Shown: positions 46,805 to 56,804, numbered from the stretch's first letter. The stretch: DNA of 64,000 bases from an uncultured Candidatus Saccharibacteria bacterium (GCA_963707285.1 CAVPPA010000005.1:66180-130179), one strand, 5' to 3'. Made by a program: numbers and translations. The notes: generated from the sequence alone by a model not told the origin.

Positions 46805-47872
46805 ATGCAGGGTCAGCCACGAATCGAAGTTTTACTGGAAGAAGTAGTCAAGAAAAAAGCATCTGATTTACACCTTCAAGTTGGTTTGCCGCCCATACTG
46901 AGAGTAGACGGAACGTTAATACCGGTTAGCGGGGCAGATTTACTAAATGATGAAGCAGTCGAGACACTCATTTTCGCAATCTTAGACGAGGATCAAAAAC
47001 AAATACTGCTAAAAGATAAAGAATTCGACTTTAGTTTCGCTTTTGGTGATATGGGTCGATTTCGAGTAAACGCATTTCATGAACGGGGAAATTTAGCGGC
47101 AGCACTACGACTAATTCCTAATGAAATCTTGTCAGTAGAACAATTAGGGTTGCCACCAATTGTTGAGAAATTTGCTAGTTACCCACGCGGTTTAGTGCTC
47201 GTAACTGGCCCAACAGGTTCAGGTAAATCAACTAGTCTGGCGGCACTGGTGCATAAGATAAATATGGAGAGAGCATCTCATATAATTACCATTGAAGACC
47301 CCATTGAATATACTCATAAGTCTAATAAATCCGTCATAGTTCAACGAGAAGTACATTACGATACCTATTCGTTTAGTGCTGCTCTAAGGTCGGCGCTCCG
47401 GGAAGACCCTGATGTCGTATTGATAGGTGAAATGCGTGATCTTGAAACCATTGCTAGCGCTATAACTATTGCCGAAACAGGACATCTCGTGTTTGCTACC
47501 TTACATACTAATAGTGCTGCTCAAAGTATTGATCGTATGATAGATGTATTTCCTCCACACCAACAACCACAGATAAGGGCTCAGCTCTCCAATATTTTAA
47601 TGGCAATCTGTTCCCAACGTTTGCTGCCTGCAATTGGAGGTGGACGAATAGCCGCAGCCGAAATATTAATAGTCACCCCGGCGGTTCGTAACATTATTCG
47701 AGAAGGTAAAACGCATCAGCTAGATGCCGTTATTCAGACGGGTGCGGAATATGGGATGCAGGCTATGGATAAAACGCTCGCTAAGTTAATTCATGAGGGA
47801 ACAGTCACCTATGACGAAGCACGTAATTTTGCGGTTGATCTCGATGAATTAGACAGGCTTATGAGGAGTTAA
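46805..47872 (+). CDS. pilT: type IV pilus retraction ATPase PilT
   Basis: 355 aa with Walker A GPTGSGKST, PilT-type segments AALRSALREDPDV and GHLVFATLHT. Confidence 0.9.
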   Translation: MQGQPRIEVLLEEVVKKKASDLHLQVGLPPILRVDGTLIPVSGADLLNDEAVETLIFAILDEDQKQILLKDKEFDFSFAFGDMGRFRVNAFHERGNLAAALRLIPNEILSVEQLGLPPIVEKFASYPRGLVLVTGPTGSGKSTSLAALVHKINMERASHIITIEDPIEYTHKSNKSVIVQREVHYDTYSFSAALRSALREDPDVVLIGEMRDLETIASAITIAETGHLVFATLHTNSAAQSIDRMIDVFPPHQQPQIRAQLSNILMAICSQRLLPAIGGGRIAAAEILIVTPAVRNIIREGKTHQLDAVIQTGAEYGMQAMDKTLAKLIHEGTVTYDEARNFAVDLDELDRLMRS

Positions 47873-47881
47873 AACAATTAA

Positions 47882-49102
47882 ATGTTAAGTTATAATTTTT
47901 ATGCCCGTGACCCAGCAACTGGACGGCATGTCAAATCAACGCTTCAAGCTGATAGCGAAGCGTCAGCGGCAAAGTTAATTCGATCAGAGGGCTTGGTACC
48001 GATCGATATTTCAATAAGCAAAAGCGGTACATTCAGTATTTTAGGAAAACTTAATCGAATTAAAGCCAAAGACCGCGTTCTTTTTTCTCGTCAACTTGCA
48101 ACTCTATTAAATGCCGGTTTACCACTTATTCAAAGCTTACATAATGTAAACGATCAAACTGAAAGTAAACCTCTCAAAGTAATTATAGGACACATTATTT
48201 CCGATGTTGAAGCTGGTTCGACGCTCGCAAAATCAATGGGTAAATACCCGCAAGTATTTAACAATGTTTACATAAGTCTTATTGCTGCCGGTGAAGCATC
48301 AGGCACGCTTGATAAAGCACTAGAGCGTTTAGCTGATCAGCAAGAAAAAGATGCAGACATCGTAAGTAAAGTCCGTGGGGCGATGATATATCCGGTCATT
48401 GTACTAATTGTTATGATGATAGTCGTCACATTTATGCTCGTCAAAGTATTGCCTCAAGTTAAGACGCTTTATGGTGAAAGTGGAAATTTAAGCTTGCCTT
48501 TGGTAACTCAAATACTGTTAACCGTCTCAAATATTATTATTAATTGGTGGTGGGCAATAATCCTAGTACTAATTGTCCTAATAATTTTTACTACCAGGTG
48601 GGCACGGACTATAGGTGGCAAAAGCGTCATTGATGCACTAAAAATGCATGCTTGGCCAATTGGTCCACTTTTTATGAAAATGTATATGGCCCGCTTTTGC
48701 CGGACTGGAACCACTTTGGTTGCTAGTGGCGTACCGCTCATTCAGATGTTAAATATTACCGCGCAAGCGGTAGATAACGTACATGTTGAAAATTCAATAA
48801 ATAAAGCCAGCGAAAAAGTGAAGACAGGTAAATCGTTAGGAAAATCTCTAGAAAATGACCCTAACTTTTTGCCTTTAGTACCTAATATGTTACAAATCGG
48901 TGAACAATCGGGCTCCATGGAACAGATGTTGGGCAAGGCTGCCGATTATTATGAGAAAGAGTTAGACAATGAAATTAAAGCAATCCAGACTATCATTGAG
49001 CCGGTAATGATGATACTAATGGGTGTCGTAGCTTTTGCCATTGTTGCTGCCGTATTATTACCAATCTATAATTTGGCAAGTAATATTAATAACGTTGTAT
49101 AG
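47882..49102 (+). CDS. pilC: type IV pilus platform protein PilC (GspF family)
   Basis: 406 aa with two T2SSF repeats and 3-4 TM segments. Confidence 0.88.
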   Translation: MLSYNFYARDPATGRHVKSTLQADSEASAAKLIRSEGLVPIDISISKSGTFSILGKLNRIKAKDRVLFSRQLATLLNAGLPLIQSLHNVNDQTESKPLKVIIGHIISDVEAGSTLAKSMGKYPQVFNNVYISLIAAGEASGTLDKALERLADQQEKDADIVSKVRGAMIYPVIVLIVMMIVVTFMLVKVLPQVKTLYGESGNLSLPLVTQILLTVSNIIINWWWAIILVLIVLIIFTTRWARTIGGKSVIDALKMHAWPIGPLFMKMYMARFCRTGTTLVASGVPLIQMLNITAQAVDNVHVENSINKASEKVKTGKSLGKSLENDPNFLPLVPNMLQIGEQSGSMEQMLGKAADYYEKELDNEIKAIQTIIEPVMMILMGVVAFAIVAAVLLPIYNLASNINNVV

Positions 49103-49195
49103 TTAAGATTTATTAAATTGGACTTGATTTTAGAATATAATGCCATTAAGATTCATTTATAAGCATTAACAGCATGATAAAGGGGGCATTTAATA

Positions 49196-49699
49196 ATGCT
49201 AAGTAAAAATCATAAACCTAAAAACGGATTTACAATCATTGAAATAATGATTGTTCTTGCAATAGCTGGATTGATTATGCTAATTGTCTTTCTAGCTGTT
49301 CCGGCATTACAACGGAGTGGACGTAATACTCAACGAAGATCGGATGTTGGACAAATATCAACAGCAGTATCTAATTATATAAGTAATAATGGTGGTCTTT
49401 TACCGGGATTTTCTGCTACAGATACAAATGCTACATCAGTCGATATATGTGCGGCTAATCCGTGTAGTGGGGGTAATTTTGAAGTTGCTAAACTTGGCTA
49501 TTATTCACCCGGAATGGTTTCGGTAACGGGTTCGGCACCCAACAATTGGCCAGACACTAATCATGTGGTCATTCTCACCGGATTCACTTGTGGCGCCAAT
49601 GGAACAACGGTAGGCACAGCATCATCACGTGCAGTTGCTATTTTGTATGCACTTGAAGGATCAAATGCTGCTGGTGACTCCGAATGTCTCGAAGCATAG
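49196..49699 (+). CDS. pilA: type IV pilin (probable major pilin)
   Basis: Class III signal KPKNG|FTIIEIMIVLAIAGLIM with Glu at +5, two Cys pairs, a strong AAGGGGG Shine-Dalgarno and a terminator directly downstream. Confidence 0.88.
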   Translation: MLSKNHKPKNGFTIIEIMIVLAIAGLIMLIVFLAVPALQRSGRNTQRRSDVGQISTAVSNYISNNGGLLPGFSATDTNATSVDICAANPCSGGNFEVAKLGYYSPGMVSVTGSAPNNWPDTNHVVILTGFTCGANGTTVGTASSRAVAILYALEGSNAAGDSECLEA

Positions 49700-49717
49700 A
49701 AGTATAGTCAGTTCTTT

Positions 49718-49748
49718 AAAACAGACCCGATATTCCGGGTCTGTTTTT
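49718..49748 (+). terminator. Rho-independent terminator after the pilin gene
   Basis: 8-bp GC-rich stem CAGACCCG/CGGGTCTG (49722-49743), 6-nt loop and a TTTTT tract, with a complementary A-tract upstream. Confidence 0.8.
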
Positions 49749-49764
49749 ATGGTACGATAGGCGC

Positions 49765-50640
49765 ATGCTAGAAGTTGTTGTGCTTATAGTGATTGGATTG
49801 TGTCTTGGAAGTTTTGTTAATGCACTTGTGTGGCGGTTACATATACAGCAGGAAATGGATTCTAAACTTGATAAAAATACTAAGAGCGTTAATAGATTTC
49901 TATTTAGATTTAAAACCGATAACCCTTACTCGATCATTAATGGTAGATCTATGTGCCCTCATTGCCACCATGAATTGGCTATATTCGATTTAATTCCAGT
50001 AATTAGTTGGGTATTATTAAGAGGCAAGTGTCGTTATTGCGACAAGCCAATATCATGGCAGTACCCAGTAGTTGAGCTACTTTTAATGTCACTCTTTGTA
50101 GTTTCATTTCTACTCTGGCCCATGGGATTTAATTCATTAGGACAATTTAGTTTTGTAATATGGTTAGCGATTTTAACTGGTTTCGTTGCACTTGCTGTCT
50201 ATGATCTAAAGTGGTTTTTATTACCAGATCGAATTGTTTATCCATTAATTGGTCTAGCTATCTTCGAAGTTCTATGGAAAGCCACTTTTTTTGGAGAGGG
50301 TTGGAATGTAATTACTCAAGCCTTTTGGGCAGTATTAGCTATTGCCGGGACCTTTTATCTAATATATGTAGTATCTAACGGTAAATGGATCGGTTTTGGT
50401 GACGTTAAACTAGCGATTGTTCTCGGATTGATAGTCGCTAATCCATTTAGGGCATTGCTAATAATATTTATAGCTTCCATTATCGGTTCAGTTATCGCTA
50501 CACCTTTACTTTTAAGAGGCAAGGCAAAAATGTCATCACAAATTCCATTTGGACCCTATTTACTAACAGCAGTAGTACTAGTTGTAATATTTGGAAACGA
50601 TTTCGTTAATTGGTATAACAGTTTTTTCTATTTACGTTAG
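49765..50640 (+). CDS. pilD: prepilin peptidase (A24 family)
   Basis: N-terminal CxxC pairs (CPHC, CRYC), catalytic Asp motifs (LLPD, GFGDVKL) and a polytopic membrane topology. Confidence 0.9.
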   Translation: MLEVVVLIVIGLCLGSFVNALVWRLHIQQEMDSKLDKNTKSVNRFLFRFKTDNPYSIINGRSMCPHCHHELAIFDLIPVISWVLLRGKCRYCDKPISWQYPVVELLLMSLFVVSFLLWPMGFNSLGQFSFVIWLAILTGFVALAVYDLKWFLLPDRIVYPLIGLAIFEVLWKATFFGEGWNVITQAFWAVLAIAGTFYLIYVVSNGKWIGFGDVKLAIVLGLIVANPFRALLIIFIASIIGSVIATPLLLRGKAKMSSQIPFGPYLLTAVVLVVIFGNDFVNWYNSFFYLR

Positions 50641-50678
50641 GATATTTACCCCAAGAAGCTTATGTTATACTTAGGCGC

Positions 50679-51545
50679 ATGAGCAACGGTGATAGTAAAG
50701 TTAACCTCAAAGAGGTCGGCTTTACTATTTTTGAGACTATGATAGTTCTGGCAGTTACAGGTGCATTGTTTGTAGCTATAGCGGCTACATTAAGCGGCCG
50801 ACAGAATGAGGCTGAATTTATACATGCAATTCAGGATGCCCAAGCCCATGTCCAACAGGTTATTAACCAGGTTTCAGACGGATACTACTCGAGCAATAAT
50901 AATTTTAGTTGTACTAATAATAGTAATATTGTAACCATTAATCCCGGCAATAATACACAAGGAACAAACTTTGGCTGTGAACTACTGGGGTCAGTAATTC
51001 AATTTGGAGTATTGAATACATCTCCGGAACAGTATCAAATTTATACTATTGCCGGCCTGCAAGGTTCCACTGCTGGTGCTAACTCACCTTATCAGAACGC
51101 CGATCCCACAGTTGTACAAGTGGGTGGAAATTTTGCTAATTATACTGTTACTAAAAGTCTTGAGTATGGTCTTACAACTAGTAAGATGCAAATTAATAAC
51201 GGCGGTTCAACACCTCCAACGCCCATCGGAGCAGTGGGATTTTTAATGGAGCCAGGTAGTTCAAGTGGAGGCATAAGTGGTTACAATTCTGGGACGCAAT
51301 CTATCGATCTTGTGCCGATCTATAAATCGAATCTTAATCTAGACCCTGCTTCCATGAGTAGTGCAATAGAGGCAAGTTTAAAAAGCCTAAGCGAGTCGTC
51401 TTATGCTTCTATTAATCCTCCCAATGGAGTGCAAATTTGTATGGTAAGTGGAGCTACAAACCAATCGGGGCTTATTACAATAGGAAATTCTAATGGATCG
51501 TTGCTCGCAACATTAAGCATAAAAAGCAATAGGAATTGCTCATGA
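50679..51545 (+). CDS. minor pilin / pseudopilin
   Basis: Class III signal KEVG|FTIFETMIVLAVTG with Glu at +5. Confidence 0.75.
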   Translation: MSNGDSKVNLKEVGFTIFETMIVLAVTGALFVAIAATLSGRQNEAEFIHAIQDAQAHVQQVINQVSDGYYSSNNNFSCTNNSNIVTINPGNNTQGTNFGCELLGSVIQFGVLNTSPEQYQIYTIAGLQGSTAGANSPYQNADPTVVQVGGNFANYTVTKSLEYGLTTSKMQINNGGSTPPTPIGAVGFLMEPGSSSGGISGYNSGTQSIDLVPIYKSNLNLDPASMSSAIEASLKSLSESSYASINPPNGVQICMVSGATNQSGLITIGNSNGSLLATLSIKSNRNCS

Positions 51546-52231
51546 GTAGAATCGATTTACGAACTTTCAATTTTAAACCGAAATTTGGTTCTCAATCAAA
51601 GTTACCGATTGGCTTTACTATTCTTGAACTTATGATTTCTTCGGCAGTATTTGCGGTTGTCCTGCTCATAGTTGCTATTGGGATTATTAGTTTTACGAAC
51701 AGCTATTACCAGGGGATAAATAGCTCAAATGTTCAATCCGTCGCAAGATCTATTATGGCTGAGGTAAGCCAATCTTTAGAATTTAATCAAGGCTTCAATA
51801 ACCTTACAACACAACCCTCATCAGCCGTAGTCGGCTATTGTATTGGTAACACAATGTATTCATATGAATTAGGCCAGGAAGTAGTCAATCCACCTTCATC
51901 ATCGGATCAAGGCGATCATGGACTAGTAGTTAATACAAACTCTTCATGTACTTCAAGTTCTTCACCTAGCATCAGTGACCCTTTACCTCAATCTTCAGAA
52001 GAACTTCTAAATCAGCATATGCGCTTGGGTGTATTTAATATTACACCGCTACCCGGCAACCTTTACAGCGTTCATATAAGAGTAATATATGGTGACAACA
52101 ACGTTTTAAAACCGAATAGTTTGCCAAATTTAGGAGCTGATTGGAGCACCGTTGGTTGTGCCTCGGGACCAGGTTCTCAGTTTTGTGCCGTATCAGATCT
52201 AACTACAACAGTACAAGAACGAATTATTTAA
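51536..52231 (+). CDS. minor pilin / pseudopilin
   Basis: Class III signal LPIG|FTILELMISSAVFAVV with Glu at +5. It overlaps the preceding gene. Confidence 0.75.
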   Translation: MLMSRIDLRTFNFKPKFGSQSKLPIGFTILELMISSAVFAVVLLIVAIGIISFTNSYYQGINSSNVQSVARSIMAEVSQSLEFNQGFNNLTTQPSSAVVGYCIGNTMYSYELGQEVVNPPSSSDQGDHGLVVNTNSSCTSSSSPSISDPLPQSSEELLNQHMRLGVFNITPLPGNLYSVHIRVIYGDNNVLKPNSLPNLGADWSTVGCASGPGSQFCAVSDLTTTVQERII

Positions 52232-52253
52232 TGATTCTATACTATAATAGAGG

Positions 52254-53330
52254 TTGATAAACACTAGAAATATGAAAGACATTAAAAGCGAATCTGGCAT
52301 AGTTTCAATCATGGTAACAATGGTAATGTTAATCGTGATCAGTTTGATAGTTCTCGGCTTAGCTGAAATTTCTCAAACCGAACAAAGAAATACCACTGAT
52401 AGTCAATTAAGCGACCAAGCATTTTATAGCGCTGAAAGTGGCGTAAATGATGCCGTTACAGCGATTGAATCTTTAGTCTCCTCTGGTCAAACTGTACCGG
52501 CTAAACTAAGCTGTACAAACTCTTCTAGTCCACCTTATAATTTCACGGGTATCGTAAATACTGTCTATAACGATTACTATACATGCCTGACAATTAACCC
52601 ATCACCTTCAACACTTAGTTATCCAGTTAACACGCAATCGACAGTTATACCGCTCACATCTTCATCGGCAATAAATAGTATCACCTTAACATGGACAACT
52701 CCCACTGGATTGGGTGCCGGAAATTGTAATATTACGAAAGATCATTTTGTTCCAGCTAATCCAATTAGTAATTGGCCATGTAATTTCCCTGTATTAAGAG
52801 TGGATTTATTAGATGCAAATGGTCAGCTGGAGAGGAATGTCAGTAGCACAACAAATGACTGGTCGACAGATACTGCTACGATGTTTTTCATGCCTACCTT
52901 TGGCTCGGCCGACCCCAACCCATCACTAAATGAAAGGGGTACAGTAGTTGAAGCGCATTGTACCCAAACCATTAACCCTCAGCCAACCTGTTCGGCTACA
53001 ATTAATCTAAGCGGTGGAACGTCCTATTATATGAGGGAAACTGCACTTTATAAATCCGGATCTAGCCTAACGGTAACCGCAAATGGCGGTGCTGTTTCAT
53101 TTAATGGCGTACAGGTTGTCATCGACTCCACTGGAAAGGCACAAGATATACTCAAGCGTATCAGGGTAGCAGTAGATTTAACTGCTGCTAATGCAAATAT
53201 ACTTCCAAGTGGCGCTTTAATTTCGGAAGATTCTGTATGTAAAGAGTATAGCGTATCTGGTAGTTTGTTTAGCATGACCAATTCAGGTATTGCGGGGAGC
53301 GACGGAGACACGCTCTGTTCGCCTCATTAA
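52254..53330 (+). CDS. PilX-like pilus-associated protein (no Glu at +5)
   Basis: Its N-terminal hydrophobic helix SESGIVSIMVTMVMLIVISLIVLGLAE resembles PilX/ComGG-type minor components. It is the last gene of the pilus cluster, and the start may be ATG 52272. Confidence 0.5.
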   Translation: MINTRNMKDIKSESGIVSIMVTMVMLIVISLIVLGLAEISQTEQRNTTDSQLSDQAFYSAESGVNDAVTAIESLVSSGQTVPAKLSCTNSSSPPYNFTGIVNTVYNDYYTCLTINPSPSTLSYPVNTQSTVIPLTSSSAINSITLTWTTPTGLGAGNCNITKDHFVPANPISNWPCNFPVLRVDLLDANGQLERNVSSTTNDWSTDTATMFFMPTFGSADPNPSLNERGTVVEAHCTQTINPQPTCSATINLSGGTSYYMRETALYKSGSSLTVTANGGAVSFNGVQVVIDSTGKAQDILKRIRVAVDLTAANANILPSGALISEDSVCKEYSVSGSLFSMTNSGIAGSDGDTLCSPH

Positions 53331-53351
53331 ATATTTTTTATCAGATAATTC

Positions 53352-54266
53352 CTAAACGTTTTTATGGTGATATTGTTCGTAGACCTTTTTTAGATGCTGA
53401 TCTGTTACATGGGTATAGATCTGGGTGGTACTGATATCACTATGTCCAAGCATGACCTGGACTGACCTGAGATCTGATCCGTTCATTAGAAGATCGGTCG
53501 CAAAACTGTGCCTTAAAACGTGGGGATGAACATGTTTAGTTATCCCTGCTAACTGGGCATAACGATTGACTAGACGCTGGACCGATCTAGCCGTTAATCT
53601 TTTAAAGTTTCCAGTTCTATCAACTTTTTGACTGCCGCTATAGCGAATAAATAGCGGACTCATGGCATCGTTTCGCTTTTGTAGATAATTTTCAATCCAC
53701 TGGGCGGCTTCAGCACTAATAAATACCGGCCTGTCTTTTTGACCTTTACCACGGACGGTAAATTCCCGAAGTTTAAGGTTAATATGATCTCGATCAAGTT
53801 TTACGAGTTCTGATACTCTTAAACCTGAACTAAATAAAAGTTCTAGTATAGCTCGATCTCGCATCCCAATTAAACTAGTCATATCCGGTTGTTTAAAAAG
53901 TCTACTCAGTTCTTCATTATTGAGAAAGGTGACTTGCTTTCGGTGTACCCGAGCTAGTTCAATTTTTTCGGCCGATAGGGCAGGGATGTTTCGTTTGGCG
54001 CAAAATTTTAAAAAACTTCTCAGTGCAATCAAATGATAATTAACCGTTATTCGTTGTAGCTCATCGGAAGTATTAGTGCCGAGTCGATTGAGCCATAAGC
54101 GCCATTTACGAACTAATTCATCATCGATTTCGTCAACTTTAATTTCACCTGCAAAATCAGCTAATCTGGTTAAGTAATGGTCATAATTAGCAATTGTTTT
54201 TTGGGAACGGTTCTGTTCAATCTCTAAATGTTCTAAGAAATCAGTTTTTGCTTTAGTGAATAACAT
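53352..54266 (-). CDS. tyrosine recombinase XerC/XerD family
   Basis: Catalytic R..HxxR..Y set (RHSFATDLL, LGHSDISTTQIYTHV). TGTTATAAT (minus strand) lies 6 nt upstream of ATG 54266; the ORF is open to 54347. Confidence 0.85.
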   Translation of the reverse strand: MLFTKAKTDFLEHLEIEQNRSQKTIANYDHYLTRLADFAGEIKVDEIDDELVRKWRLWLNRLGTNTSDELQRITVNYHLIALRSFLKFCAKRNIPALSAEKIELARVHRKQVTFLNNEELSRLFKQPDMTSLIGMRDRAILELLFSSGLRVSELVKLDRDHINLKLREFTVRGKGQKDRPVFISAEAAQWIENYLQKRNDAMSPLFIRYSGSQKVDRTGNFKRLTARSVQRLVNRYAQLAGITKHVHPHVLRHSFATDLLMNGSDLRSVQVMLGHSDISTTQIYTHVTDQHLKKVYEQYHHKNV

Positions 54267-54371
54267 AAGCGAATTATAACATTGTGCGACATAACTAGGG
54301 TCATTGCTGATGTCGTTCTGATCTGTTAGAATAGCAACAACTAGCAACTAACATGAGGTTCTTGCATTTTT

Positions 54372-54998
54372 ATGGCTCAGTTACACCCAGCACTTCATTC
54401 TATAAAGTTTCAGCGAACCTTTTGCCTCATTAAACCAGACGGTGTCAGCCGTGGCTTAATTGGTGACATTATTCATCGAATTGAAAAGGCAGGTCTTAAA
54501 ATTGTCGCTCTCAAAATGGTTCACGCCGAAAGAAAATTAGCCGTAAAGCACTATCCAACTGAAGATTTAGCCTGGATTGATCGATTGGGCGAAAAGAGTC
54601 TAAGTAGTTTCGATACACTTAACGTCAAACCGAAAGATGCCCTTGGTTCAGATGACAAAAGAGAAATTGGGACACAAGTCAGTGAAACTCTGGTCGATTA
54701 CTTAACATCAGGTCCGGTTGTCTGTATGGTCATAGAAGGCATTCAAGCTATTGATATGGTTCGAAAATTAGCCGGCCATACACTGCCTTATAAAGCAGAT
54801 GTCGGTACGATTAGGGGAGATTATTCAGTCGATAGTCCAGCTATCGCCAATGCCGAGAGCCGATCAATTCACAATTTGTTCCACGCCAGTGAAAATGAAA
54901 AAGAAGCAAACAATGAGATACATATATGGTTCAAAGATGAACCTATCCATAGCTACCGTAGGGCCGGCGAAGATGTTATGTATGAAAAACACTATTAA
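54372..54998 (+). CDS. ndk: nucleoside-diphosphate kinase with internal insertion
   Basis: TFCLIKPDGV, SGPVVCMVIEG and active-site NLFHASE. At 208 aa it is larger than the usual ~140-150 aa because of extra sequence between KHY and LVDYLTSGP. Confidence 0.85.
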   Translation: MAQLHPALHSIKFQRTFCLIKPDGVSRGLIGDIIHRIEKAGLKIVALKMVHAERKLAVKHYPTEDLAWIDRLGEKSLSSFDTLNVKPKDALGSDDKREIGTQVSETLVDYLTSGPVVCMVIEGIQAIDMVRKLAGHTLPYKADVGTIRGDYSVDSPAIANAESRSIHNLFHASENEKEANNEIHIWFKDEPIHSYRRAGEDVMYEKHY

Positions 54999-55018
54999 AG
55001 CTATTAGAATAGGTATAC

Positions 55019-55093
55019 GTCCCCGTAGTTAAATGGATAGAATAACTCCGTCCTAAGGAGCAGATCTGCGTTCGAGTCGCGGCGGGGATACCA
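55019..55093 (+). tRNA. tRNA-Arg (anticodon CCU), CCA encoded
   Basis: Manual fold: acceptor GTCCCCG/CGGGGAT, anticodon arm ACTCC-GTCCTAA-GGAGC, T arm CTGCG-TTCGAGT-CGCGG and discriminator A plus CCA. It closely resembles E. coli argW. Confidence 0.85.
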
Positions 55094-55141
55094 TGGTAAA
55101 GGCTTATGACTCATGTCATAATCAACTGATACAATACGCTT

Positions 55142-55735
55142 ATGGCTAAGGATACTGCTAAAACTGCTTCACCTAAGTACTTCGATGGTCAATTTGATGA
55201 CGAAGAAGTGTTACTTGTTTTCCGACGTCACCCAATCGTTATGCGCAAAGGACTCATCATTAGTATGGCTTCATGGCTAATAGGCCCGGTTATCATTGTC
55301 ATCTTAACTTACGTCAGGCCAAATAATCCGCCCAGTATACTCGATTTCTTTTTAGCGCTGATAGCCAGCATGATAGTTGGTCTGTTAATTCTTATTATCC
55401 CTTGGATTAGTTGGTATTTCAGTCTTTTTATAGTTACCACCCAACGTTTTATTCAAATTTCCCAAAAAGGATTATTCCATAGCAGTTTTGCCGATATGAA
55501 TTTGGCGCAAATCCAACAGGTGAACTATGAAATTGCCGGTATACAAGAGACACTACTTGGATTTGGTACAATAAAAATGCAGACGTATTTAGGTGAGCTG
55601 GTCATTCATGACGTGCACCATCCAGCTAAAACACAGAGTAAGATAGTTCAGATACTGCGTGATCAAGGTGTGCCGTCAGTCGATGTGCCGTTCAAAAAAA
55701 TTGGTCCATGGGATGGGCATTTAGAAGAGACATAA
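55142..55735 (+). CDS. membrane protein with bacterial PH (bPH_2/YdbS-like) domain
   Basis: Two TM helices followed by IVTTQRFIQISQKGLF...GFGTIKMQT. TGATACAAT lies 6 nt upstream of the ATG. Confidence 0.55.
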   Translation: MAKDTAKTASPKYFDGQFDDEEVLLVFRRHPIVMRKGLIISMASWLIGPVIIVILTYVRPNNPPSILDFFLALIASMIVGLLILIIPWISWYFSLFIVTTQRFIQISQKGLFHSSFADMNLAQIQQVNYEIAGIQETLLGFGTIKMQTYLGELVIHDVHHPAKTQSKIVQILRDQGVPSVDVPFKKIGPWDGHLEET

Positions 55736-55739
55736 GATT

Positions 55740-56804
55740 ATGAAGCGTAAAATTAAGCGACTTTTGAAAAGATGGAGCCGCCAAGTATCTGATTCTGCAT
55801 CCACAGCTAATGGGGATAGTGAGGTTCGAGTCACCAACGAAACTATAGCTGCCCAGCGTGAAGAAGTATTAGGTAGTGCTCGAAAGTATATTTATCCGTT
55901 ACAAGCACCGAAACATCGGGTTGTAAAGTTCTCGGTAGGCATCTTGGTTGCAGCAGTCATTGGTTTTATCGGTTTTTGTATTCTAGATCTATATAAATTT
56001 CAGTCATCATCAACTTTTATATACGGAGTGACACAAGTAATTCCATTCCCAGTAGCAGTTATCGATAACAGAGATTTCGTTTCATATAATAGTTATCTAT
56101 TTGAATTACGACACTATATACACTATTACCAGACCCAGCAAAACGTTAATTTTGCCACTCGTGCCGGCAAGCAACAACTTAGTGTATTTAAGCAAAGATC
56201 ATTAGATCAAGCACTCCAAAATACCTATGTCGATCAGATTGCTCAAAAAAATCATCTGTCGGTTAGTAGCAGCGATGTTAATAATGCAATTACCATTGTT
56301 CGTACCGAGAACAGGTTAGGCGCTAATAATCAAGTTTTTCAAAACGTTCTTAGTGAATTCTACGGTTGGTCGATGGACGATTTTAGGAGAGAATTGAGCC
56401 AAGAATTATTAGCTCAAATGGTTGTAAGCAAACTTGATACCGCAACTCATCTACGAGCTACCCAAGCTTTGACGCAGTTACAACAGGGTTCAGATTTTGC
56501 TACTCTTGCTAAACAAGTTTCTGACGATAGCTCTACCCGCGCAAATGGTGGAGATTATGGCTCATTAATTGACGTATCAAATACAAATATTGCTCCTCAA
56601 ATTATTAAAATATTATTCCAACTTCAACCAGGACAGAATTCGGGGATAATTAATACAGGATATAGTTTGGAAATAGTTAAAGTATTAGCAGTCCAAGGAA
56701 ATGAGGTAAGAGCCGCTCATATAGAATTTAATTTTCAGCCAATTTCAACATACACAAACCCATTAGAAAATTCCGAAAAACCACATCTTTTTATTCATGT
56801 CTAA
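55740..56804 (+). CDS. membrane-anchored parvulin-type peptidyl-prolyl isomerase (SurA/PrsA-like)
   Basis: N-terminal TM, a SurA_N-like region and a PpiC rotamase motif FATLAKQVSDDSSTRANGGDYG. Confidence 0.75.
   Translation: MKRKIKRLLKRWSRQVSDSASTANGDSEVRVTNETIAAQREEVLGSARKYIYPLQAPKHRVVKFSVGILVAAVIGFIGFCILDLYKFQSSSTFIYGVTQVIPFPVAVIDNRDFVSYNSYLFELRHYIHYYQTQQNVNFATRAGKQQLSVFKQRSLDQALQNTYVDQIAQKNHLSVSSSDVNNAITIVRTENRLGANNQVFQNVLSEFYGWSMDDFRRELSQELLAQMVVSKLDTATHLRATQALTQLQQGSDFATLAKQVSDDSSTRANGGDYGSLIDVSNTNIAPQIIKILFQLQPGQNSGIINTGYSLEIVKVLAVQGNEVRAAHIEFNFQPISTYTNPLENSEKPHLFIHV

Noticed and set aside
53352-54266. Whether the tyrosine recombinase is the integrase of the pilus or orphan-gene regions.
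   Set aside because: The sequence resembles housekeeping XerC/XerD. It is separated from the orphan block by ndk, a tRNA and two conserved genes, and I found no flanking att-like repeats.
54799-55032. 77-aa ORF overlapping the 3' end of ndk and running into tRNA-Arg.
   Set aside because: It is out of frame within ndk and overlaps a well-folding tRNA, so it is spurious.
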